Assembly (NCBI GenBank): GCA_963777505.1
Contig: CAVZQN010000004.1
Span: 1,792,001-1,856,000 of the forward strand
DNA from: an uncultured bacterium
GTDB taxonomy: Bacteria > Acidobacteriota > HRBIN11 > JAKEFK01
Length of the DNA stretch: 64,000 bases
Direction: 5' to 3'
Position 1 is the stretch's first letter. Each line of letters starts with the position of its first letter. The position numbers and the translations under genes are program-made. Below, piece after piece: positions 32,603 through 42,100 of this stretch. The notes beneath the pieces are model-generated. The model did no database searches. It was not told the origin of the DNA and worked only from the letters and a program-made list of their open reading frames with translations.

Positions 32603-32705
32603 GGATGGCCGCTCCCCGGTGTTCCGCTCTTGCCGGCGAGCCGCTGGTTGAAGCAACAGATTGGGGGAAACAATACTGATGCTTCAAACGATGGAGCTGG
32701 CTTGA

Positions 32706-32987
32706 ATGAACAAGTCTGACCTTGTTTCTGCTGTTGCAAAGAAGGCAAAGATTCCTAAGACAACAGCAAATGCTGCAATTGATGCCGCTTTTAAGGGAAT
32801 CCGTGAAGCAATGGCCCGAGGAAAAAGTGTTGTACTCGTTGGCTTTGGTACTTTTGCAGTTTCAAAACGCTCCGCCAGAATGGGAAGAAATCCGCGAACC
32901 TTAGAGCCGATGCGGATTCCCGCAAATAAAGTTCCACGGTTTCGCGCGGGTAAAGCTTTAAAATCGGCAGTCAAACGAGGGAAATAA
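32706..32987 (+). CDS. hup: HU family DNA-binding protein
   Basis: MNKSDLV...GFGTF....R.AR.GRNP.T.....IPA...P.FRAGK.LK..V. Confidence 0.95.
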   Translation: MNKSDLVSAVAKKAKIPKTTANAAIDAAFKGIREAMARGKSVVLVGFGTFAVSKRSARMGRNPRTLEPMRIPANKVPRFRAGKALKSAVKRGK

Positions 32988-33060
32988 GGCAAAGAAAAAC
33001 AACAATCGGCTTTACATACAAAAGGCCCCGCTGGGGAAGCGGGTTATAGGAGGAAGTCAA

Positions 33061-33381
33061 TTGAGGCCAAAAGTCGTCAGGCAGGGGGAAAAACGGTATA
33101 TGCTGACGGATCTTGAGATGAAGTTAATGAACAAGATCTGGGCATCAAAAGGGGAAGTAACCGTGTCCGACGTTCATTATGAGATGTTGAGTGAGCGGAG
33201 AATAGCATATACAACGGTAAAAACAGTCATGGATCGTCTTGTTAACAAAAAGATCTTATCCAGGAGGGATAAACAAGGTACGTACCACTATAAAGCTCTA
33301 GTCGATGCCAAAACAGTTGCTGACTATTGGAAGAAGTATATCCAGGAAAATATAGCGGTACCTACTCAAAAGAAAAAGTAA
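33061..33381 (+). CDS. BlaI/MecI/CopY family transcriptional repressor
   Basis: LTDLEMKLMNKIW...TV.DV......IAYTTVKTVMDRL..K..L.R.K.G..Y.Y winged-helix pattern. Confidence 0.85.
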   Translation: MRPKVVRQGEKRYMLTDLEMKLMNKIWASKGEVTVSDVHYEMLSERRIAYTTVKTVMDRLVNKKILSRRDKQGTYHYKALVDAKTVADYWKKYIQENIAVPTQKKK

Positions 33382-33420
33382 TAACGCCCTTTTCATCAGT
33401 CGAAGAACCTAGCAAGCTTC

Positions 33421-33452
33421 AGCTCCGGAATCCCCTTCCGGAGCTTTTTTTT
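33421..33452 (+). terminator. Intrinsic terminator after hup-blaI
   Basis: AGCTCCGGAA-TCCCC-TTCCGGAGCT followed by a T run. Confidence 0.85.
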
Positions 33453-33611
33453 GTGTTATGAACCGCCAAGGCGCCAAGATCGCCAAGAAAATATTGTTAT
33501 TTTACACATGACGTGGGTAGTTCTGCCTTGAACCAGCACTCTTTCAATTCTTCGCTCAAACCATTTTTTGAAACCCTATATAGTACTGTGATTGACGAGG
33601 AGGGAGACTCA

Positions 33612-33827
33612 ATGGGGTTATTTGAAAAACCGAAACTTCAAATCACAGACCTCGGCAGCAAATTTCCGCGTTCTTGGTTAACGGTATTAGAGAGAGAACA
33701 TTCAAGAGTTATCACAATTCGGTTTGATACTAGCAATTACCGTCACAGAATGGAAATTCTCATCGTGGGGTTTTATGCATTAAAGGTGTCTACCACACGG
33801 ATTTCAGACTCTCAGACACAAGGTTAA
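33612..33827 (+). other. Short ORF or gene remnant
   Basis: GAGGAGG RBS before the ATG at 33612; 71 aa with no recognisable motif, inside an AT-richer segment. Confidence 0.25.
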
Positions 33828-34127
33828 TTCTGTGGTTGGCTAAATACTTCACTAAAATATTAGAATTTAATTAGTTGATAAGATAATACATTAATGGTAA
33901 GATTAGTGTATCAAAGTTCTAATGTTATAAACCCAACCTGTTGAACTGTCTTCTAATACAGTCCACCGTGAGTTAACTTAAGCGTGGTAGGTATCTTTTT
34001 TGGTTCGAATCGAGGTTATTCCTTGATTCTGAAGAGGTGTTCTGTTTCCAATTGTACGTCCCCACCTCGCCTAAATAACACGTTCAAGGCTCTGCCCTAC
34101 CACTTACTTAATAGAAAGGCAGCGGAA

Positions 34128-34481
34128 ATGGAAAATGTCCAAAGACAAAAACTCGGTTTAAAGAAAGCATATGCTTTTGGAATTGAAAAAGGCCTGAGCA
34201 ATGAAATTAACGAGATTCGAAATATGGAGATACAAATCGAAGAATGGGGACTTACCTACACCTCAGCGCTTCGACGAGGATTTATTGTTGATTTGTTTGA
34301 GCACAAGGGAATCCTCAGTGCGTTTATAAACCAACACTGGCCAGAGGGAGCGACACCTTGGGGTGAAAAAAAGCGTGCCTTCTATCTCGGATTGAAATCT
34401 GACTATGAAGATTTCTTGGCTGGCAACTCGCCTGACCTTTTAACGGAAAGTGAAAAAAACACCAACTTTAATTATCAGTAG
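34128..34481 (+). CDS. Hypothetical protein, possibly a truncated N-terminal domain
   Basis: 117 aa from MENVQ with protein-like composition (GLKKAY...YTSALRRGFIVDLFE...HWPEG); the C-terminus runs into the next gene's upstream region. Confidence 0.45.
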   Translation: MENVQRQKLGLKKAYAFGIEKGLSNEINEIRNMEIQIEEWGLTYTSALRRGFIVDLFEHKGILSAFINQHWPEGATPWGEKKRAFYLGLKSDYEDFLAGNSPDLLTESEKNTNFNYQ

Positions 34482-34518
34482 AGGTGCTACAATCGACACA
34501 TCGGGGGGTAGGGACCGA

Positions 34519-35472
34519 ATGCATGCCGAGACAGCCGGTTTAGTCTTGATCATGATGCCGGCATTCAACCGGGAAAGTTTTATCGCAGAAGCGATCGATT
34601 CTGTCCGCAGCCAAACATACCCCAATTGGAAATTAGTGATTGTAGATGATGGTTCAACTGATCAGACCGTCAGCATAGCAAAAGGTCTGGCACAAAAAGA
34701 TGAGCGGATCGAAATTATTGAGCTGAATCATAAAGGCGAATGTCATGCACGGAATACTGCACTCACGCGCGCCGATTCAAAAACAGAATTTGTAGCTTTT
34801 CTAGATAGTGATGATGTTTGGGATTCCGACCTTTTACAAACGCTTATTGAATCGCTTCGGTTGCACGGAAATTATGTTGGCAGTCACGGCATTGCCCGAA
34901 TTGTTGATACAAACGGCAGAGCTTCCTCTTCAGGTAAAGGTGAAACCTGGCCTGGTGTTCGAAAAGGCATCAAAGGATTTTTCCCAAGAAACTGTAAAGC
35001 CAGCAGTCCAACGGATTTCTCGATGCTTGTGTATGGAAATTTCGTTCCGATTGGCGCCACACTCGTTCGTAGGCTGGTATTTGATAAAGTAGGGGCATTC
35101 AATCCGCAAACATTTATCTATGCTGATTGGGAGATGTGGATGCGAATCTCTTCTCTTGGCCCATTCGCTTTTGTTAATAAGACGCTATACAAATACAGGA
35201 TTCATGAGAAAAATACTCCGAAACCAAAAGAAATGATCTTTGCCCAAGAGAAACAATTTTTTGCAAATATTTATAACGGCGCTAATCTTACAAATGACCA
35301 GCGTAAAACTCTGAAAAGAGGTTTTCGTTTTCACCAGCTCCAACATAGCATTACTTATTTCAGATCATCGGTTAAAAAATTGATGCAAGGCAAATTATCA
35401 TCTTCTTCCAAAGAATTTACATTCGCGATTCTGCAAGCTTTATACGCTTGTGCTTTTAGGCCACTCGATTAA
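34519..35472 (+). CDS. Glycosyltransferase family 2
   Basis: IMMPAFN, IVDDGSTD, ARN, FLDSDD and DWEMWMR motifs. Confidence 0.9.
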   Translation: MHAETAGLVLIMMPAFNRESFIAEAIDSVRSQTYPNWKLVIVDDGSTDQTVSIAKGLAQKDERIEIIELNHKGECHARNTALTRADSKTEFVAFLDSDDVWDSDLLQTLIESLRLHGNYVGSHGIARIVDTNGRASSSGKGETWPGVRKGIKGFFPRNCKASSPTDFSMLVYGNFVPIGATLVRRLVFDKVGAFNPQTFIYADWEMWMRISSLGPFAFVNKTLYKYRIHEKNTPKPKEMIFAQEKQFFANIYNGANLTNDQRKTLKRGFRFHQLQHSITYFRSSVKKLMQGKLSSSSKEFTFAILQALYACAFRPLD

Positions 35473-35577
35473 TCTCCAATCTTGCCTCGGCGTACTCGGC
35501 GTTAAAAAAAATATTGAGCGGACGAGACGTCTGCGGTCCCCGATGCAGGCGAGACGCCTGCGGTCCCTTAGAACTTT

Positions 35578-35606
35578 TTGACATCTATGTCGTATTACGA
35601 TATAGT
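35578..35606 (+). promoter_or_regulatory. Sigma-70 promoter overlapped by a palindromic operator (probable PadR site)
   Basis: TTGACA-N17-TATAGT, with CTATGTCGTA-T-TACGATATAG (10-bp IR, one mismatch) spanning the spacer and -10. Confidence 0.75.
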
Positions 35607-35646
35607 TGCCCGCGATACAGTGAACGACGACGTATGGAGGATTTGA

Positions 35647-35994
35647 ATGAATGACACGCAAACGCCATTAACGCCTGCAATGTTTCATGTTTTGCTTGCG
35701 CTTGCCGATGGTGACAAGCATGGATACGCAATTTTAAAAGATGTTGAAAAACAAACTGACGGTGAAGTTCAACTGAGCACAGGGACACTTTACGGAATTA
35801 TCAAACGTTTGCTGCTGAACGATCATATTCGTGAAATCAGAAAGCCGTCCGAAAAAAATGACGATCCCAGGCGTCGCTATTACAGGCTTACAGAAGATGG
35901 AAAAGAAGTAACGATTGCAGAAGCAAAGCGTCTTGAAAGACTTGTCGTTCAAGTAAAAAGCAAACGTTTATTCCGATCATTACGCCACGCATAA
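35647..35994 (+). CDS. PadR family transcriptional regulator
   Basis: FHVLLAL....HGYAI.K.V........GTLY..IKRL...RRRYYRLT..G. Confidence 0.92.
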   Translation: MNDTQTPLTPAMFHVLLALADGDKHGYAILKDVEKQTDGEVQLSTGTLYGIIKRLLLNDHIREIRKPSEKNDDPRRRYYRLTEDGKEVTIAEAKRLERLVVQVKSKRLFRSLRHA

Positions 35995-36009
35995 AAATGG
36001 AGAAATCAT

Positions 36010-38661
36010 ATGCAGGATTCTAAACAATCTTTCGCTGATCGTTGTTATCGCGCACTGTTGCGCATCCTTCCATTCGACTTTCGTGTTGAATTTGGCGGAG
36101 AGATGGAAGCTGCTTTTCAGGAGCAAAGAAGTGAAGTTGTGCGCGAGCGTGGAATTACCGCGCTTTTCAAGATGTGGTGGCAGACAATCTTAGACATCTT
36201 TCGAATTGCGCCGCGCGAGCACTGGAGCATCCTTTCCATGGATGCCCGTTATGCAATTCGAACAATGCGAAAGAATCCTGCGTTTACACTCGCAGCAATA
36301 TTAATTCTTGGCCTGGGCATTGGCGCCAATACCGCTATTTTCAGCATCGTAAATTCTGTCTTGCTCAAACCGCTTCCATATATAGATGGCGATCGACTTG
36401 TCGTTTTAAGACAGCCCGAAACGAAGCTAGATACTCAAGACGCAGGATTTGCGGTACAGGAAATTCAGGATTACAGGGAACGCAGCAGATCGTTAAGTAA
36501 CGTAGTGGAATATCACAATATGACTTTCACTTTGTTCGGAAAAGGTGCTGCGCATCGCGTCCGTTCAGGAGTCGTATCTCATAATTTCTTTGAAGTATTA
36601 GGTGTTCGTCCACTTCTGGGCAGAACATTTGTAACTTCCGATGAGCGTCATGGAGCGGAGGCCGTTCTGGTTTTGAGTCATGAGTTCTGGCAGCAAATCG
36701 AAGGCGGATCCAAGGACATCATCGGAAAGACATATGAAATGAACGATCGTGTCCACACCGTTATTGGCGTTCTGCCTGCGATTCCACAATATCCTGATGA
36801 AAACGATGTGTACATGCCTTCGACGTCGTGTCCGATGCGTATGAATACGGAAATGATGACCGGACGCAACATGCGAATGGTGAATCTATTTGGACGTCTC
36901 AAAGAAAATGTAACCCTCGATAGCGCTCGATCTGATATTGCTTCCATTGCTAAGCAACTGAAGAAAGAAGATCCGAAATCATATCCGGAAAATGCAGGCA
37001 TCATGACAACAGTTTCATTGTTGCGTGAGGATCTCACGCGCGATGCGCGTCCGCTCCTTTTGTTGCTCTGGGGTGCAGCAGGATTCGTGTTGTTAATTAC
37101 ATGTGCAAATGTTGCAAATTTGATTCTTGCGAAAATGTCACAACGCGAACAGGAGTTAAGGATTCGGACTGCAGTCGGTGCAGGGAACAGCCGGTTGCTG
37201 CGTCAGCTTTTAACGGAGAGTTTCTTTTTAGCATTGTTATCTGCAGGAGTAGGAATTGTTTTTGCGTTTGGCAGTGTTGAATTGATGAAAGATTTTGCCG
37301 GCCAATTAACTTCTCGCGCGCGCGAAATCGCAATTGATCCATGGGTGCTTGCATTCGCGTTACTTTGCGCTGCGGTTACTACAATATTCTTTGGCTCGAT
37401 TTCTGCACTGTATTCGCGTCAGGATCTTGCAGCAGGCTTAAAGGAAGCCGGCCGCACATCATCTGAGAAAAGTGGCAATGTTGTTCGCAAGGTTTTGATC
37501 GCGGTGCAAGTTGCATTCTCATTTGTGTTGCTAATCGGTGCCGGATTGATGGTGCGAAGTTTTGTGAACATCATCCATGTCAATCCAGGGTTTGCCACCG
37601 AAAGCGTGTTTGCGGTGCGGTTGAATTTGAATGGAGCAAATTTCGATGCGCCTGAGCAACGCCAATCATTGGGAGATCGGATCGTTCAAAAATTAATGAC
37701 CATTCATGGTGTAAAGCATGCCGCTGTCGGTTCGAGCTTTCCATTGGATCAGGACAATATGAATTCCGGAGGACGTCCAATCCGCTTTCAAGTTGAAGGC
37801 GATCCGAGGCCTGAAGGTGAATTGCCTCCCGTTACAACAGCACGATCGGCTTCGCCTGATTATTTCAAGACTCTCGAAATTCCGGTGATTATGGGACGAA
37901 CTTTTCTTGAATCGGACACTGAAAAAGCTCCAAAGGTTGTTCTTTTAAATCAGACTGTAGCAAGAAGACGTTTTGGAAATGAAAATCCTGTAGGCAAAAG
38001 GATCACAATCGATGATGGCGAAAATTGGATGACGATCGTTGGAGTGGTTGGCGATGTGAAGGAATTCGGCCTGGAGCGCGAAACACCGTATCAAATTTAT
38101 CGACCTTTCGCGCAAGTTCCAAATCTCGGTAGTGCGCTTCTTCGTGCAAATGGTGAACAGTCTACAATCGTTGAACAGCTTCGACGTGCCTTGCGAGATA
38201 CGGAACCGCTGATGGCTGTTGTACGAGTTGAAACTATGGAACAAGCTCGTGCGAAATCGATCGCTTCACCCCGGACATTAACACGCTTGTTTGGTCTGTT
38301 TGCCGTCCTGGCTCTTGTGATTGCAGTAGTAGGCGTTGGATCGATGCTTGCACTCGGAGTTCGACAGCGCATTCGTGAAATCGGAATCAGAATGGCCTTA
38401 GGAGCAACACCGCGAAATGTACTCGGTTCTGTTATCGCGCAAGGAATGTTACTCGTCGGTGTTGGTTTAGCTGCCGGGTTGGCCGTTGCTTTAATGACAA
38501 CCACAGTTCTGAGTGCGTTATTGTTTCAAGTGAAACCTACACACATTCCAACGTATGTGCTGGGCACAGTGTTGTTATTGATTGCAGCGTTCTTTGCGTG
38601 CTATCTTCCTGCGCGCCGCGCGGCACGAATCGATCCGCAAGTCGCTTTACGCTGCGAATAA
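36010..38661 (+). CDS. ADOP-type duplicated ABC permease (MacB_PCD/FtsX x2)
   Basis: D.RYA.R.MRK.P.F, GIGANTAIFS.V..VLL.PLPY, CANVANL, REIGIRMALGA and PARRAARIDP.VALR motifs; follows PadR. Confidence 0.92.
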   Translation: MQDSKQSFADRCYRALLRILPFDFRVEFGGEMEAAFQEQRSEVVRERGITALFKMWWQTILDIFRIAPREHWSILSMDARYAIRTMRKNPAFTLAAILILGLGIGANTAIFSIVNSVLLKPLPYIDGDRLVVLRQPETKLDTQDAGFAVQEIQDYRERSRSLSNVVEYHNMTFTLFGKGAAHRVRSGVVSHNFFEVLGVRPLLGRTFVTSDERHGAEAVLVLSHEFWQQIEGGSKDIIGKTYEMNDRVHTVIGVLPAIPQYPDENDVYMPSTSCPMRMNTEMMTGRNMRMVNLFGRLKENVTLDSARSDIASIAKQLKKEDPKSYPENAGIMTTVSLLREDLTRDARPLLLLLWGAAGFVLLITCANVANLILAKMSQREQELRIRTAVGAGNSRLLRQLLTESFFLALLSAGVGIVFAFGSVELMKDFAGQLTSRAREIAIDPWVLAFALLCAAVTTIFFGSISALYSRQDLAAGLKEAGRTSSEKSGNVVRKVLIAVQVAFSFVLLIGAGLMVRSFVNIIHVNPGFATESVFAVRLNLNGANFDAPEQRQSLGDRIVQKLMTIHGVKHAAVGSSFPLDQDNMNSGGRPIRFQVEGDPRPEGELPPVTTARSASPDYFKTLEIPVIMGRTFLESDTEKAPKVVLLNQTVARRRFGNENPVGKRITIDDGENWMTIVGVVGDVKEFGLERETPYQIYRPFAQVPNLGSALLRANGEQSTIVEQLRRALRDTEPLMAVVRVETMEQARAKSIASPRTLTRLFGLFAVLALVIAVVGVGSMLALGVRQRIREIGIRMALGATPRNVLGSVIAQGMLLVGVGLAAGLAVALMTTTVLSALLFQVKPTHIPTYVLGTVLLLIAAFFACYLPARRAARIDPQVALRCE

Positions 38662-39141
38662 GTTACGTTTCATCAATAGGAAATTTGCATTTTCATATTG
38701 ACAAACTTTTTGGCGCATGATATTTCTATTTTCCGTAATCGTGGTAATGACTCAGGTAATCAGGTTCAAATTCTGCACCTACTAAGCGATTAGAACTAAT
38801 ACCGCCAATACCACCTTATTCAAGTTCAAGAATGTTTTGAGCATCAGGGGGCGATCTAAGGTGCTCTTTCGGGGATTTGAGTTGCTAGGGTGTTCATCTC
38901 CTGCCACTCATTTTGGTAAAGGGTTTGTTCCTTTTGTTTTTTCAAAAGGCGACCTTCAGTCCAGTTGAAGGCTAGCCGCGTTTGTTTCTGGTTGTGTCAA
39001 CGTGAGCGACGTTTCCTGTGGAGGGGAACAGTTGATGCTGGAGACTTCGGGTAGCTATTTCTCGCAATGTAGTTTCTTCACAGTCATAATTTCCTCACTG
39101 TTTTTTCTTTCCCCAATCAACTATACGAACCAGGAGGGTTC

Positions 39142-42100
39142 ATGTCGAAACGACGGGTAACGGGTTTTGCCATATTTGTAATCGTGTTAATCGGAATCGG
39201 CCTTCTTGCCGGTCAGATTGTTAATGCAAAAGAAAAGGGTCGCATCAATAAAATCTTGGGAGTTGGTGGCGATGCAACAGTTTCTGGAACCGTGGTAGAT
39301 GACTCAGGACACGGTTGGCCACTGTATGCCAGGATTGATATTGAAGGATTCGCAGGGAGTCCGGTTTTTACAGATCCTGTGACGGGTCAATATACAGTTA
39401 ATTTAGACTCCACTGTGACCTACACATTGGATGTGACTGCGGTTTCCGGTGGTTATGTAGCGGAAAGCAGAGAAATTACTCCGCCATCCGGAAGCTCAAC
39501 GGAAGATTTTTCGCTTGAAATTGAACAAGCGGCCTGTAATGCTCCTGGTTATTCAATCGGCGGCGGAACGCTCTACGATTTTGATGCTGGGCAGCCTGGT
39601 GATTGGACAATAATCAACAATGAACCATCTCAAACGGTGACATGGCGTTTTGATGATCCATGCGGACGCGGCAATCTTACCGGTGGCGCAAACGGATTCG
39701 CGATTATTGATAGCGATTGCGATGATAGCGATGTAGGAACCGAAGATGCTGAACTGAGATCGCCATCATTTGATTTCAGTGGACAATCGAATGTCTTGCT
39801 TTCCTTTGATACGGACTTTAATTGGTTCTCCGGCGGTTTAGACGAAAAAGGAGATGTCGATGTTAGCACCGATGGCGGCAGCACCTGGGAAAATGTGCTG
39901 CGTTACCAGGGCGGTGATTTCCTTGGACCCCGTCATGAAGCAATTGATATTAGCGCAATTGCCGGTGGTCAAGCGGATGTAATGATTCGCTTCCATTATT
40001 ATGATTCCGATTTTGAATTTTGGTGGCAGGTCGATAACGTAATCATCGGCGATCAATGTAATGTAAATCCTGGTGGTCTACTAGTCGGCAACGTATTCGA
40101 TGAAAATTCAAGCCTTGGTGTAAACGGGGCGACTGTTAGCAGCGACACCGTGCCAACAGATACAACCAGCTCTTTCGCAACACCTGATGATCCAAACGAA
40201 GATGATGGCTTGTATATTCTTTTTTCATCATTAACTGGTGCAAATGACTTTACAGCATCAAAGTCAGGTTATGGATCCGATACCCACACCGTAGCTGTTG
40301 TTGCGGACGCAATTGTTGAACAAGACTTCAGTATGGGTGCAGGGGTCATAGATCCGGATCCAGATTCACTTGAAGCAACTGTTGAATTAGGTTCAACTGA
40401 TTCAGTTACGCTGACGCTCAATAACACAGGTTCAGCTGATGCTGATTTTGAAATTCAAGAAGGAGACGGTCTTCCAACTGGCGATCTCAGAAATGGACGA
40501 GGCGCGCCGTTAGTTCGCATTCCGGGGAATTATTCTCCATTGCGTGCTGGACTTGATCCAAATGTAGCGAAGATTGGGAAACGTGGAATCAAAGAAAAAG
40601 AAAAAAGGCTGCTGGCGATAAGAAGCGCAAAGCAGACGGTTCAAAAAAGAAAAATTCACCGCTCGATCCACCATGGACAGCCGTTGCTGATTATCCAATC
40701 AACATCATGGACAACGCGGTTGTCGCCATCGACGGTTTGGTTTACTCAGTTGGCGGATTCGATGGTGGATCAATTCTTAATTCGGGATATGTCTATGACC
40801 CAGGTAGCGATTCATGGTCTCCGATCACGAGCATGACAGGATTCCGTGAAAAGCCTGTAGGTGTTGTGGTCGATGGATTGCTTTATGCAACAGGCGGTTG
40901 GGATGATTTCGGCATTCCCAACCCAACACTTGAGATTTATGATCCATCATCTGATAGCTGGAGCGCTGGAGCGTCAATTCCAACGCCTTATGCCGCATCG
41001 GCCGGAGTAAATCTGGACGGGCAAATATATGTCATCGGTGGTTGCAGTAGTGGTTCTTGCGGTGTTACCGATGTTCAAGTTTATGACAGTTCAGCCGATT
41101 CATGGTCAACTGCAGCTTCATATCCTGAAGATACTTCCTGGCTTTCCTGCGGAGCAATCAATGGATTGATCTATTGCGCAGGTGGTGTGAGTGATTCAGT
41201 TGGTGATAGCGCTCATACGTATGTTTATGATCCTGCTGGAGACACATGGTCACCTCTGGCTGATATGCCTCAAACACAATGGGGAGCCGGTTTCATTGCT
41301 TCCGGCGGAAAACTCTATGTATCGGGCGGCATTGGTGCCGGAAGTGTAACGAACGCAGGATTTGTTTATGATCCTGAAGCAGACACATGGTCACCAATCG
41401 AAAATTCCAATCAAACAACATACCGCGCGGGAAGTGCTTGCGGATTCTACAGACTCGGCGGCGCATTGGGCTTCTTCGATCCAATCCCTGATGTTGAACT
41501 TTATCCTGGACTCACTGATTGCGATTCAGTTGATGTTCCGTGGTTAAGTGAAGATCCAACCGAAGGTACAGTTCCTCAAGGTGGTAGCGTACCGGTTACG
41601 GTTACATTTGATACAACCGTTCTCAATCAACCGGGCGACTACTTCGCTCATCTCAAAATTAAAGAAAACACTCCAACCGATGTTCCTGATGTCGGTGTCA
41701 CATTGCATGTACCGCTTCCGGCAGGTTGGGGATGGATCGAAGGCACCGTAAACGGATTAGGACGTTGCGATGATCCTACCGGTCCACTTGAAGGTGCAAC
41801 TGTATTTGTTGACACAGCTGGTGTCGATTGGCCGCTGACAACAGACTCGAATGGATTTTATAAAGTAGCATTCCTCGCGTCTGATAGCCCGGTAACAATA
41901 ACAGTGAGTGCGCCCGATTATGTTGGACAAAGTTTACCGGGTGTTCTCATCACAGCTGGTAACACAACTGTTCAGGACTTCACTCTCCGGCTTGATGCAC
42001 CATGCGGAGATAAAACACCAACTTCGTTTGATGTAACGTTAAATGCCGGTGGAACCGCGACTGAGACGTTAACACTAACGAACAATGGCGCAGGTACTTT

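Noticed and set aside
38755-38785. GGTTCAAAT T-arm-like sequence suggesting a tRNA
   Set aside because: No D-arm, anticodon arm or pairing acceptor stem can be built.
40590-40612. A-rich run as a programmed -1 frameshift site
   Set aside because: Not an in-frame X XXY YYZ heptamer, and nine other indels in the window point to sequencing error.
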